This document shows positions 37,620 to 47,647 of a DNA stretch of 64,000 nt, piece by piece. Position 1 is the first letter of the stretch; each line of letters begins with the position of its first letter. The position numbers were made by a program, and so were the translations under genes. Below the pieces are notes generated by a model, which saw nothing but the letters and a program-made list of their open reading frames with translations, did not search any database and was not told the origin of the DNA. The stretch is from an uncultured Collinsella sp. (GTDB lineage Bacteria > Actinomycetota > Coriobacteriia > Coriobacteriales > Coriobacteriaceae), in contig UQYE01000003.1 of the NCBI GenBank assembly GCA_900545145.1, forward strand, positions 1,702-65,701. Reading direction: 5' to 3'.

Positions 37620-38351
37620 ATGACTAACACGAAAGGTATGACCATGCCCCAGATTGATGATGCAGAGCTGTTTGGCAATGCCGAGGATCAGCGTGCGTAC
37701 GAGGACTTTTGCGCCAATCAGGAGGCGGTCGAGAAGTTTACGCTCGACAAGCCCGCGCTTATCTGCCGTTGGCGCATGTCCAACAAAAAGGTGCCCATGC
37801 TCAACCGTCACATCCGTGCGCTGTCCGAGCGTCTGGTGCAGGGCGAACCGCTTACCCATAACATGCTCAGCTGGGCCAAACAGCACGTTGAGTGGTCGCT
37901 TGCCGAGGGCGATTACACCGCGCACGACGGCGTGCTTATGCTGGTGATCGACATCAACGGCAACGCCGCCATGACGGTGGGGGAGTACGAGCCGCTGGCC
38001 GACACGTCGGCCAAGGCGCTGCGTGCCCGTTCCGCCGAGGCCCGCTCCGAGGCCGACGAGACCGGCGTGGCGCCCGAGCTGCTTGCTGCTGTCAACGACG
38101 GCGAGCTGGCCTTTGTGGCGCCGGCGGACGAGTGCCTGTGCGGCACGGCGACGCTCATTGAGCAGCTGGCCCAGACCAAGGGCATCCCGGTCACGCGCGT
38201 AGACATTCCCGCACAGCTCAAGGGCGCCTTGTTCCTGGTAAGCGACGAGCACGGCGTGGTGCCTGCCACCGACGCCGACGCCGCCGAGTCTGATGCCGCG
38301 ACGGTCACCTTCTTCGCCGACGGCTACGAAAAGCTCCGCGCCCGCCGCTAA
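37620..38351 (+). CDS. Hypothetical protein (weak resemblance to class IV aminotransferase fold)
   Basis: Host-like codon usage; LNRHIRAL, LFLVSDEHGVVP; start may be 37638 or 37644. Confidence 0.7.
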   Translation: MTNTKGMTMPQIDDAELFGNAEDQRAYEDFCANQEAVEKFTLDKPALICRWRMSNKKVPMLNRHIRALSERLVQGEPLTHNMLSWAKQHVEWSLAEGDYTAHDGVLMLVIDINGNAAMTVGEYEPLADTSAKALRARSAEARSEADETGVAPELLAAVNDGELAFVAPADECLCGTATLIEQLAQTKGIPVTRVDIPAQLKGALFLVSDEHGVVPATDADAAESDAATVTFFADGYEKLRARR

Positions 38352-38530
38352 ATGATTTTTCTGGGACGGGGATTAAAGAATCATTTTGGTTCCCGCCACC
38401 GCTGCGAGTGCGAGGCGGACAAAACGCCCCCGCTCGCGAACAGTTCTGTCACCTTGGCGACGTGCGTGGCGCGCACCTGCAGTTTCGCAGCCATAATGGT
38501 GGCAAGACAACCAAGAGGGGAGCGGAATCC

Positions 38531-39202
38531 ATGGCGCTAATCTATATCGTTGAGGACGACGAGCCCATTCGTCGTGAGCTTGTCGACATCCTTGCCCGCG
38601 CCGGGTTTGAAATCGAGGCCTGCGAATCGTTCGAGCATGTCTCGCGCGATATTCTCGCCGCCGCGCCCGACCTGGTGCTGCTCGACCTCACGCTTCCCGT
38701 CAAGGACGGCCAGCATATCTGCCACGAGGTTCGCCGCGAATCCGAGGTCCCCATCATCGTCCTCACCTCGCGCACGACCGAGATCGACGAGGTCATGGCC
38801 ATGACGCTCGGCGCGGACGACTTTGTTCCCAAGCCCTATAGCGCGCGCGTGCTCGTGGCGCGCATCAACGCACTGCTGCGTCGCACCGCGGCGTCAGGCG
38901 AGCGCAGCACGCTCGTCCACAAGGGGCTGGAGCTCGACCTCGCCCGTTCTATGGTCACCAACACGGCGACCGGCGACAGCACCGAGCTCACCAAAAATGA
39001 GCTGCGCATTCTCTCGCTGCTCCTGAGCCGCGCGGGCAAGATCGTCTCGCGCTCGGCCATCATGCAGGACCTGTGGGACTCCGACGCCTTCGTGGACGAC
39101 AATACGCTCACCGTCAACATCAACCGCCTGCGCACCACGCTCGAAAAAATCGGCATCAAGGGGTATTTGACGACGCATCGCGGCCAAGGCTATTCGGTCT
39201 AG
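38531..39202 (+). CDS. OmpR-family response regulator (BceR/GraR-like)
   Basis: IVEDD, LLDLTLP, GADDFVPKP, DDNTLTVNINRLR, RGQGY. Confidence 0.93.
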   Translation: MALIYIVEDDEPIRRELVDILARAGFEIEACESFEHVSRDILAAAPDLVLLDLTLPVKDGQHICHEVRRESEVPIIVLTSRTTEIDEVMAMTLGADDFVPKPYSARVLVARINALLRRTAASGERSTLVHKGLELDLARSMVTNTATGDSTELTKNELRILSLLLSRAGKIVSRSAIMQDLWDSDAFVDDNTLTVNINRLRTTLEKIGIKGYLTTHRGQGYSV

Positions 39203-39211
39203 GGGCCGGCT

Positions 39212-40255
39212 ATGTCGTTTGGCAAGTTCTTTAAAGATACACTGCTTCCCGTCGCCGTGTGGACGTGCGGCGTGCTGCTGAGCTGCTTTGTGCTGACGGT
39301 CGCCGGCGCACCCGTTTCTATCGTGGTCGTGGCGGTTGGCGTGTCCTTTATCTTCGGTATGCTCGGCATCGTGATCGAGTACGCTCGCCGTCGCCGTTTT
39401 CTGCGTCAGTTGGAGCGCGCGGCAGAGGAGCTCGAGAGTCCCGCATGGGTGCAGGAGATGGTGCAATGCCCAACCTATGCCGAGGGCGAGCTCGAGTACG
39501 AGGTCCTGTGCCGGGTGGGCAAGGCTGCCTGCGACGAGGTTGCCGAAGGCCGACGTCAGACCGATGACTATCGCGACTATATCGAAAGCTGGGTCCACGA
39601 GGCCAAGTTGCCCCTGGCGGCGGCCCATCTGATTCTTGAAAACCTAGACGGCAGCGAAGACGACCTGTCGCGTGTGGATGACCTGGGTCGCGAGCTGGCT
39701 CGCGTTGAGCGCTATATCGACCAGGCACTGTACTATGCGCGCTCGGAAGTCGTGGAGCGCGACTACCTGATTCGCCGTTGGGATCTCAAGACCTTGGTGA
39801 CGGGCGCGATTAAAGCCAACGCGCGCGAGCTTATCGCGGCGCACGTGGCTCCGGTGTGCGAGAACCTCGACTTTGAGGTCTTTACCGACGAGAAGTGGCT
39901 CGAGTTTATTCTAGGCCAGCTTATTCAGAACAGCATCAAATATGCGCGCGAGGACGGCGCGAAGATCGTGTTTTCGGGCGCGTTACTGGACGAGGGCCTG
40001 GCGAGCGAGCGCATCGAGCTCACCGTTGCGGACAACGGCTGCGGCGTGTGTGCGGCAGACCTGCCACGCGTGTTCGAGAAGGGCTTTACCGGCGACAACG
40101 GCCGCACCACCAAGCGCGCAACGGGCATCGGCCTCTACCTGGTGGCGCGCCTATGCTCCAAGATGGGCATCGACGTCACGGCGGCATCCGACTCCGGCGA
40201 AGGCTTTGTCGTAACGTTCGCCTTCTCGACGAACAAGTTCCAATACTTTGAGTAG
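39212..40255 (+). CDS. Intramembrane-sensing histidine kinase (BceS/GraS-like)
   Basis: Two adjacent TMs, WVHEAKLPL, DEKWLEFILGQLIQNSIKY, DNGCG, FEKGFTG, TGIGLYL. Confidence 0.93.
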   Translation: MSFGKFFKDTLLPVAVWTCGVLLSCFVLTVAGAPVSIVVVAVGVSFIFGMLGIVIEYARRRRFLRQLERAAEELESPAWVQEMVQCPTYAEGELEYEVLCRVGKAACDEVAEGRRQTDDYRDYIESWVHEAKLPLAAAHLILENLDGSEDDLSRVDDLGRELARVERYIDQALYYARSEVVERDYLIRRWDLKTLVTGAIKANARELIAAHVAPVCENLDFEVFTDEKWLEFILGQLIQNSIKYAREDGAKIVFSGALLDEGLASERIELTVADNGCGVCAADLPRVFEKGFTGDNGRTTKRATGIGLYLVARLCSKMGIDVTAASDSGEGFVVTFAFSTNKFQYFE

Positions 40256-40281
40256 CCGGGCCGTCTTGCGCTGCGGACGGC

Positions 40282-40339
40282 TATGTTCCCGAACGTGAAC
40301 TTAGCTAAGGCAACTGGCGTTATGTTCCCGAACGTGAAC
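40282..40339 (+). repeat. Two perfect 19-bp direct repeats, each hairpin-forming
   Basis: TATGTTCCCGAACGTGAAC at 40282 and 40321. Confidence 0.75.
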
Positions 40340-40461
40340 ATAACTATGAGGCTCAAATGGATCTCCCAAAACAAAAACGTGCAGCCCAAACAAAACGTGC
40401 CACCCCAAACGGGGCGGCACGCTATCTTTTATCAGCCAACTCGCTGAAGTAAGGCTGCGAA

Positions 40462-40554
40462 GGCCGCGGGGCCGGGAGGGGTTTCCTAAGGGCACATCCC
40501 GCAGCCGCAACGCGGCGAGGACGTGCCCGTGGAAACCCCGCAGGCCCCGCGGCC
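40462..40554. repeat. Long imperfect hairpin (REP-like)
   Basis: GGCCGCGGGGCC..GGGGTTTCC..GGGCAC / GTGCCC..GGAAACCCC..GGCCCCGCGGCC. Confidence 0.65.
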
Positions 40555-40567
40555 GGTGGGAGCAACG

Positions 40568-41005
40568 CTACTTCACGACCAAAATGTCGCAGTCCGTATT
40601 GCGCAGCAGGAACGTCGAAATCGAGCCCAGTAGCGCGTACTTAATTGAGGACAGGCCGCGGGCGCCGCAGAGCACCAGATCGGGCTTGACCACGTCGAGC
40701 ATCTCATCCTTGAGCGTCTCGCGAATGCGGCCGGTACGAATCATGACCTCGACCTCGGGAATGTTGGGATTGGCCTTGGCCTCCTCGAGCTGCTTGGCGA
40801 TGGAGTTCTTAAATGCCTCCTCTAGGCCGTTGACCAGATCGACCGGATAGGAACCGGCGCTCTCGAGCGCCGTGGAATCGATAACGTGGCCGATGATCAG
40901 CTTAGCGCCGTTGTTCGCGGCGACCTTGATGGCGCGTGCGAGCACAAAATCCTGCTGCTCAGTACCGTCGAGTGAAACAAATACCTTGGTGTAGCCCTCG
41001 TTCAT
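40568..41005 (-). CDS. Universal stress protein
   Basis: VSLDGT, DLVLCGARGLS...LLGSIS...CDILVVK. Confidence 0.92.
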   Translation of the reverse strand: MNEGYTKVFVSLDGTEQQDFVLARAIKVAANNGAKLIIGHVIDSTALESAGSYPVDLVNGLEEAFKNSIAKQLEEAKANPNIPEVEVMIRTGRIRETLKDEMLDVVKPDLVLCGARGLSSIKYALLGSISTFLLRNTDCDILVVK

Positions 41006-41254
41006 GGTTTCCTCCTTGGTCTATCGCACGGGCGCGGGGCTCGTGCGTCGGGCGGGCGCGGGTGCGTTGACCGCCGGACACTTTATCTTGTTGCAGTTAT
41101 ACCCAAGGATTTCGGTTTAACTGCTCGCAATTCTGTGAACGGGCGAGTTTTTTGGTAAGGGTAGGCGCGGTCGCACCGCCAACGGTTGATAATGGGACAT
41201 CGCCCGCATCGTCCGCAGAACATCTACCGGCGGGTGTCTAACGAGGGGGTCCCT

Positions 41255-42235
41255 TTGGATATCATCGAGCTTCTAAAGTCTGCCTTCATGGGCCTGGTCG
41301 AGGGCATCACCGAATGGCTGCCCGTTTCGTCGACGGGCCACATGATCTTGGTGGATGAGTTCGTCAAGATGAACGTGAGCGAGACGTTCTGGAATATGTT
41401 CCTGGTCGTGATTCAGCTCGGCGCCATTCTGGCCGTCTGCGTGCTGTTTTTCCACGAGCTCAACCCGTTCTCGCCCAGCAAGGGCAAGGAGGGCCGTCGC
41501 GACACCTGGGTGCTGTGGGGCAAGATTGTGCTCGGTTGCATTCCTGCGGCGGCGATCGGCCTGCCGCTCAACGACTGGATGGAGGAGCATTTCTACAACG
41601 CTCCCGTCGTGGCGCTGGCGCTCATTGTGTACGGCGTGCTGTTTATCGTGATCGAGAACTGGCGCGCGAGCAAGCGCGAGGAAATGGCCGTTGCCGGTTC
41701 GTTTGGTTCGCGTGCTGTGGTGTCGGGTGGACGTCCCGCCGGTGCGCACTTTGCGGCGTCCGCCACGGCTACCGCTGAGGATGAGGACGATGACGATAAC
41801 CTGGACTTTGGCTCCATCACTACGCTCGAGGACCTGAGCTGGAAGACTGCGCTGGGTATTGGCTGCTTCCAGGTGCTTTCGCTGGTGCCTGGTACGTCTC
41901 GTTCCGGTTCTACCATCATCGGTGGCCTGCTTTTGGGCTGCACGCGCTCGGTGGCGTCTAAGTTCACGTTCTTCCTGGCCATCCCTGTCATGTTTGGCGC
42001 AAGTGCGCTCAAGCTGGTCAAGTACTTCGTTAAGGGCGGTACGTTTGGTGCCAACGAGGTCGCCATCCTGGGCGTGGGCTGCATCGTCGCCTTTGTGGTT
42101 TCGCTCATCGCCATCAAGTGGCTCATGGGCTTCGTCCGCCGTCACGATTTTAAATGTTTCGGCGTCTACCGCATTGTCCTGGGCATCGTGGTGCTTGCGT
42201 ACTTCTTCGTCCTGGAGCCGATGCTCGGCCTCTAA
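41255..42235 (+). CDS. uppP: Undecaprenyl-diphosphate phosphatase
   Basis: GLVEGITEWLPVSSTGH, IQLGAILAV, PGTSRSGSTI, FGVYRI; TTG start inferred from GAGGGGG RBS. Confidence 0.95.
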   Translation: MDIIELLKSAFMGLVEGITEWLPVSSTGHMILVDEFVKMNVSETFWNMFLVVIQLGAILAVCVLFFHELNPFSPSKGKEGRRDTWVLWGKIVLGCIPAAAIGLPLNDWMEEHFYNAPVVALALIVYGVLFIVIENWRASKREEMAVAGSFGSRAVVSGGRPAGAHFAASATATAEDEDDDDNLDFGSITTLEDLSWKTALGIGCFQVLSLVPGTSRSGSTIIGGLLLGCTRSVASKFTFFLAIPVMFGASALKLVKYFVKGGTFGANEVAILGVGCIVAFVVSLIAIKWLMGFVRRHDFKCFGVYRIVLGIVVLAYFFVLEPMLGL

Positions 42236-42280
42236 CTTAGTCGACGCTGCGCGGCGGCCAGGGCGACAACTTGTCATTCA

Positions 42281-42322
42281 AAGGGGGCGGCATGACCAAA
42301 AGGTCTATGCCGCCCTCTTTTC
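42281..42322 (+). terminator. Intrinsic terminator after uppP
   Basis: AGGGGGCGGCAT...ATGCCGCCCTCTTTT. Confidence 0.65.
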
Positions 42323-42383
42323 ATGCCAATTTGTTCGCCCTGGCCGCCGCTCGCTACCGTTGCCATGACATCGGCGGCTCCGT

Positions 42384-42455
42384 GATTGGTGCATTGGGGT
42401 CAGGTTTCTTTGCACCAGCTTGGTGCAGACAAACCTGACGCCTTTGCACCAAATC
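42384..42455. repeat. Palindromic REP-like element
   Basis: GATTGGTGCATTGGGGTCAGGTTT..TGCACCA / TGGTGCA..AAACCTGAC..TGCACCAAATC. Confidence 0.65.
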
Positions 42456-42591
42456 CGCTGGGGCGGGCCTGACAGCGGCGCACGGAGTCGTGGTGTGATT
42501 TGCGTCGGTGTCCGCGCGGCTCGGTATACTGGTACGGCTCAAACTATGGCGCTGCCCGCAGGCGCGCCGTCCGTCAGATGAGGAGTCGCCC

Positions 42592-45492
42592 ATGACCCAG
42601 CCCTTGCCCTGGGAAAAGAACGCCGCGGTACCCGTGCCGCCCGCGCCGGAACCCGTGCCGCTCGATGCATACACCGCCCCCGCTGCGCCGGAGCCCGAGC
42701 TCGTTCCGCTCGACATCTATGACGCTCCCGCGCCGGCGCCCAAGCCTATCAAGCCGCTCGTCGACATCGACAGCCTTAATCCCGCCCAGCGCGAGGCGGT
42801 CCTGTCCACCGAGGGCCCGTTGCTGGTGCTCGCCGGCGCCGGCTCGGGCAAGACCCGCGTCTTGACCTTCCGCATCGCACATATGCTCGGCGACCTGGGC
42901 GTTAAGCCTTGGCAGGTTCTTGCCATTACGTTTACCAACAAGGCTGCGGCCGAGATGCGCGAGCGTCTGGCGGCACTCATCCCCAGCGGCACTCGTGGCA
43001 TGTGGGTGTGCACCTTCCATGCCATGTGCGTGCGCATGCTGCGCGAGGACGCCGACCTGCTGGGCTATACCGGTCAATTCACCATCTACGATGACGACGA
43101 CTCAAAGCGCATGGTGCGCGACATTATGCAGGCGCTCGGCATCGAGCAAAAGCAGTTCCCCATCAACATGATCCGCAGCAAGATCAGCTCTGCTAAAAAC
43201 GCCATGATCGGGCCCGAGGACATGCTCAAGAGCGCCGATAGCCCCAACGACAAAAAGGCCGCGCAAGTCTACCTGGAGCTGGAGCGCCGCCTGCGCGCCG
43301 CCAACGCGATGGACTTCGACGACCTGCTCGTGCGCACGCTCGAGCTACTGCGCACCCGCCCCGAGGTGCTCGACAAGTACCAAGAGCGCTTCCGCTACAT
43401 TAGCGTCGACGAATATCAGGACACCAACCACGTCCAGTACGAAATCGCCAACCTGCTGGCCGCCAAGTACCAAAACCTCATGGTCGTGGGCGACGACGAC
43501 CAGTCCATTTATAGCTGGCGTGGCGCCGACATCACCAACATCCTGGACTTTGAGCAGGACTTTAAAAACTGCAAGACCGTCAAGTTGGAGCAGAACTATC
43601 GCTCCACGGGTCACATCCTGAGCGCCGCCAATGCCGTTGTTCGCCACAACTCGCAGCGCAAGGACAAGCGCCTGTTTACGGCCGAGGGCGATGGCGAGAA
43701 GATTCAGGCTTTCCAGGCAAGCGACGAGCGCGACGAAGGTCGCTGGATTGCCGGCGAGATCGAAAAGCTGCATGCCAAGGGTACGAGCTACGACGATATC
43801 GCCGTGTTCTACCGCACCAACGCCCAGTCGCGTATCCTCGAAGATATGTTCCTGCGCGCGGGCGTGCCCTACAAGATCGTCGGCGGCACGCGATTCTTCG
43901 ACCGCGCCGAGATTCGCGACGTCATGGCCTATCTCAAGATGATCGTGAACCCGGCCGACGAGATGAGCGTCAAGCGCGTCATCAACACGCCGCGCCGCGG
44001 CATCGGCTCCACCTCGATCCAAAAGATCGAGCAGCTGGCGCGCGACAACCGCTGCTCGTTCTTCCAGGCCTGCGAGATCGCAACAGCCGAGACGGGCATG
44101 TTTAGTGCCAAGGTGCGCAACGGCCTGTCGAGTTTTGTGGCGCTGGTGCGCGAGGGCCGTCGCATGGACGGCGAGCTCAAGGACGTCGTCGAGATGATTG
44201 TCGATAAGACGGGCCTACTGCAGGCTTTTCGCGCCGAGGGCACCATGGAATCCGAGAGCCGTGCCGAGAACATCCAGGAATTCCTGGGCGTCGCCGCCGA
44301 ATTTGAAGAGACGCACGAGGATATCGAGGGTACGCTCGAGAGCTTAGAAGAACTGCGTGCAGCCGGTGTTGCCGATGTGCCTGCCGCCGCCGAGCCCGAG
44401 TCCGCCGTGGTGAGCGCGCCTGCGCCCGAGCCGGGACCGTCCGCGCCGGTGTCTTCGTTTGATGCACTCGTCGGCGCTCGTGACGCCGCGGGCGCCAATC
44501 CGCTTGATAGCCTGGCCGCTCCGGCGCTCTCGCCGCAGGACGCCCTGGCCGCCGCCATCGCGGGCAACGCATATGCCGCGCCGACGGAGCTGCCGGCGGG
44601 TGCCGTGCATGCCGACGAGATCGAGCGCACCTACGGCCCGCTCACCTGTAAGGCGCTGCCGGCGCTCATGGAGTGGTTGGCCCTGCGCTCCGACCTGGAT
44701 TCCCTGGCCGGCGAGACGCACGCCATCACCATGATGACCATACATTCCGCCAAGGGCCTGGAGTTCCCGGCGGTGTTCGTGGCCGGCATGGAGGAGGGCA
44801 TCTTCCCGCACGTGCACGATTTTGGCGGCAGCGATGACCCGGGCAAGCTCGAGGAGGAGCGTCGCCTGGCCTACGTCGCCATCACACGTGCCCGTAAGCG
44901 CCTGTTCTTGACCTATGCGGCCACGCGTCGTACCTACGGCTCGACTTCTGCCAACCCGCGCTCGCGCTTCCTTAACGAGATTCCGTTTGAGGATATCGAG
45001 TTTAGCGGCATCGGTTCTGCCGGTTTTGAGGGCACGGGATGGGAGAAGCGTGGCGACCGTCGCGGCACCTTTGGCTCGGGCATGGGCTCGGATATGTACG
45101 GCGGCAAGGTGTTTGGCTCGCATACGCGCTCAACCGGCGGGTCCGGTTCGCGCGGTGGATCGAGCTTTGACGATTTCTTTGGCGGAAGCAGCTATGGGAC
45201 CGAGCGCCATCGCGGGGTGTCGCCCGACGCCGGTCGCGTTGCCTCGACCTTTGGCTCGGGTGCACCGCGAGCCAAAAAGTCGTCATCCAAGGTGTCGCCG
45301 ACGGTGGAGCGCAAGGTCGATCGCGCCAGCGCATCGCAGGACTTTGCCGCGGGCGATACCGTGAGCCACAAGACCTTTGGCACGGGTACCGTGATCTCGG
45401 TCGCCGGAGACATGATCGAGGTGCAGTTCGAAAAAACCGGCCAGACCAAAAAGCTCATGAAGGGCTTCGCACCTATCGTCAAGCTGTCGTAA
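42592..45492 (+). CDS. pcrA: ATP-dependent DNA helicase PcrA/UvrD
   Basis: AGAGSGKT, TFTNKAA, VDEYQDTN, VGDDDQSIY, QNYRS, HSAKGLEF, EERRLAYVAITRA, C-terminal Tudor-like H.TFGTG. Confidence 0.96.
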   Translation: MTQPLPWEKNAAVPVPPAPEPVPLDAYTAPAAPEPELVPLDIYDAPAPAPKPIKPLVDIDSLNPAQREAVLSTEGPLLVLAGAGSGKTRVLTFRIAHMLGDLGVKPWQVLAITFTNKAAAEMRERLAALIPSGTRGMWVCTFHAMCVRMLREDADLLGYTGQFTIYDDDDSKRMVRDIMQALGIEQKQFPINMIRSKISSAKNAMIGPEDMLKSADSPNDKKAAQVYLELERRLRAANAMDFDDLLVRTLELLRTRPEVLDKYQERFRYISVDEYQDTNHVQYEIANLLAAKYQNLMVVGDDDQSIYSWRGADITNILDFEQDFKNCKTVKLEQNYRSTGHILSAANAVVRHNSQRKDKRLFTAEGDGEKIQAFQASDERDEGRWIAGEIEKLHAKGTSYDDIAVFYRTNAQSRILEDMFLRAGVPYKIVGGTRFFDRAEIRDVMAYLKMIVNPADEMSVKRVINTPRRGIGSTSIQKIEQLARDNRCSFFQACEIATAETGMFSAKVRNGLSSFVALVREGRRMDGELKDVVEMIVDKTGLLQAFRAEGTMESESRAENIQEFLGVAAEFEETHEDIEGTLESLEELRAAGVADVPAAAEPESAVVSAPAPEPGPSAPVSSFDALVGARDAAGANPLDSLAAPALSPQDALAAAIAGNAYAAPTELPAGAVHADEIERTYGPLTCKALPALMEWLALRSDLDSLAGETHAITMMTIHSAKGLEFPAVFVAGMEEGIFPHVHDFGGSDDPGKLEEERRLAYVAITRARKRLFLTYAATRRTYGSTSANPRSRFLNEIPFEDIEFSGIGSAGFEGTGWEKRGDRRGTFGSGMGSDMYGGKVFGSHTRSTGGSGSRGGSSFDDFFGGSSYGTERHRGVSPDAGRVASTFGSGAPRAKKSSSKVSPTVERKVDRASASQDFAAGDTVSHKTFGTGTVISVAGDMIEVQFEKTGQTKKLMKGFAPIVKLS

Positions 45493-45531
45493 TCCCAGCG
45501 GACCTGGGCGGGCGTATAGGGCAACATCGCC

Positions 45532-45600
45532 TGCTCGGACAGTCCTGCGCAAGACGGAGAGCACATTAAGTGCTCTCCTTTGCGTGCGGAACTCGCGATG
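45532..45600. repeat. Palindromic REP-like element between convergent genes
   Basis: CGCAA..GGAGAGCAC-ATTAA-GTGCTCTCC..TTGCG. Confidence 0.5.
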
Positions 45601-45678
45601 ACCTTAATATATTTCTCCGGCCCTCCGCCGTGCTCGGGAGACGACACGTTGATGTCTGCTTAACTCTGCTCGCTCAGG

Positions 45679-46305
45679 CTAATGACTTTGTTGGGGGTCC
45701 ACTATTTGCTGGAGGGTGAACTTGCATTGCATTGGCTCGCCCTCTACTTGTGGCTCCGCCTCATCAAAATCGAAAATCATAATGGCGCAGTTGGGGAGTT
45801 TTGTTGGGAGTTCGAAGTCCTCTGGGGCGGCGGCTTTGATGAATTGGCGGCTGGCGCTGCCGTGGCTTACTGCTAGGAGGGTTTTAACGCCTTCGGCGCC
45901 CATGAGGTTAGCGAGGGTGCTTACCATGCGCGTCTGCAGCGCCTGGCTTCCTTCTCCTCCGAAGGGGATTAGGTCCTCGCCTGGATCCCAGACGTCGGTG
46001 GGCAGCGCGTCGTGCGGGCCTTCTTCGAAGGATCCGTAGCAGCGCTCGATGATGCCTTCGCAGGGCTCGACGATGGCGTCTGGGCCGAGGAGCTCGCCTG
46101 CGACGAGACTTGCCGTGTCCATGGCTCGGCCTAAGGGGGAAGAAACCACTTTGTCGGGGACAACGCCATGGGCTTTAAGCCATGTGGCTGCCGTCTGTGC
46201 CTGCTCGCGACCCAAATCGGTGAGCGGTGAATCGCAGCGGCCCTGGACGAGCTTTTTGACGTTGAATTCCGTCTGGCCATGGCGGAGCAGATACAGCCTC
46301 TTCAT
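45679..46305 (-). CDS. Histidine phosphatase family protein
   Basis: LYLLRHGQT, SSPLGRAMDTA, VSHG. Confidence 0.92.
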   Translation of the reverse strand: MKRLYLLRHGQTEFNVKKLVQGRCDSPLTDLGREQAQTAATWLKAHGVVPDKVVSSPLGRAMDTASLVAGELLGPDAIVEPCEGIIERCYGSFEEGPHDALPTDVWDPGEDLIPFGGEGSQALQTRMVSTLANLMGAEGVKTLLAVSHGSASRQFIKAAAPEDFELPTKLPNCAIMIFDFDEAEPQVEGEPMQCKFTLQQIVDPQQSH

Positions 46306-46344
46306 GTTCTCCCCTTCTGTATACATTGCCTTGCTGGCACAGCC

Positions 46345-47505
46345 CTACTCGTGGGTACGGCCTACGTAGTCTTCGTCAATCGTAATCTTGGCAACCGACT
46401 TGGGATATTCGGATTCGACCCTCTGGGCCAACGCATGCTTGAGCTCATCGGCGCCCATGTCCAGATCCGAGGGTCGCACGCAGTCAAAAATCACATTGGT
46501 GTGCGTAGGGCCCGGCACGCAGCGCAGGTCGTGAATCGAAAGGCGGCTATCAATCTCCTGAGCCATTGCGTTGATATACAGGCGCATGCTCGCAACCTTT
46601 GGATCGTCGGATACGATGGGATCGTAATGGAGCGTGACGATCATACCGTCTTCGTTCCTAAACGACCGCTCGATGTTATCGAGCGTGTCGTGACTTTCCA
46701 GCGGGCTGGCCTCGGCTGCCATCTCGGCATGAGCGCTTGCGAACTTCCTGCCCGGGCCGTAGTCGTGAACCATCAGGTCGTGAACGCCCAAAACGCCGGG
46801 GTAGCTCATGATCTTGTCTCGAATGTGCTTGACCAGCTTAGGATCGGGCGCCTGGCCCAAAAGCGGGCTCACCGTATCCTGGATGAGTTCAAAGCCGCTC
46901 CAGCCAATATAGGCGCCAACGGCAAGGCCAACCCATGCGTCAAGATTGATGTGCGTCACCTGCGAAACAATTGCGCACGCTAACACGGCGCCCGTGGCAA
47001 GGACATCGTTCTTGGAATCCTGAGCGGTCGCATGCAGCGTCTCGGACTCAATGCGATCGCCGAGCTTTTGGTTGAGGGCCGCCATCCAAAGCTTTACGAC
47101 CATCGAAAGCGCAAGGACTGCCACCAGGGCAAGCGAGAACTCGACAGGTTCGGGGTTGACAATTCGCTCCACCGACGACTTCACCAGCTCAACGCCAATA
47201 AGCAGCACGAGCGCCGCCACGACCAGTCCCGAGAGATACTCGTAGCGACCGTGACCGTAAGGATGCTCGGGGTCGGCCGGCTTGCTCGCCAGCCTGAAGC
47301 CCAGCACGCTCACGATATTCGAGCTGGCATCGGACAGGTTGTTCATGGCATCCGCCACGATCGAAACCGATCCCGACAGCACGCCAATTGCACCCTTCGC
47401 AGCGCATAGTGCCACATTGGCGAGAATACACACCACGCCCGTCAACGTGCCCACGCGCGCACGGTCGCCCTGCGCACGACGAACAATCCACTCGACCATC
47501 CTCAT
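46345..47505 (-). CDS. Cation diffusion facilitator transporter
   Basis: ADAMNNLSD, HPYGHGRYEY, DSKND, HDLMVHDYGPG. Confidence 0.93.
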   Translation of the reverse strand: MRMVEWIVRRAQGDRARVGTLTGVVCILANVALCAAKGAIGVLSGSVSIVADAMNNLSDASSNIVSVLGFRLASKPADPEHPYGHGRYEYLSGLVVAALVLLIGVELVKSSVERIVNPEPVEFSLALVAVLALSMVVKLWMAALNQKLGDRIESETLHATAQDSKNDVLATGAVLACAIVSQVTHINLDAWVGLAVGAYIGWSGFELIQDTVSPLLGQAPDPKLVKHIRDKIMSYPGVLGVHDLMVHDYGPGRKFASAHAEMAAEASPLESHDTLDNIERSFRNEDGMIVTLHYDPIVSDDPKVASMRLYINAMAQEIDSRLSIHDLRCVPGPTHTNVIFDCVRPSDLDMGADELKHALAQRVESEYPKSVAKITIDEDYVGRTHE

Positions 47506-47647
47506 CAGTCCCCACGGTACTACCTAATATCTATTGCTCAAACGGATTGTAGTGTAGCCACTTTGTCCTCCAGATACAAAAAGGCCGCAACCCACACGAG
47601 CCACGGCCTTGGAACATGACAAAGGAATCGTCCTTTGTCGCACTGGT

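Noticed and set aside
44320..44660. Intein in PcrA
   Set aside because: No C/S-start splice block, terminal HN or LAGLIDADG motifs; the insert is low complexity.
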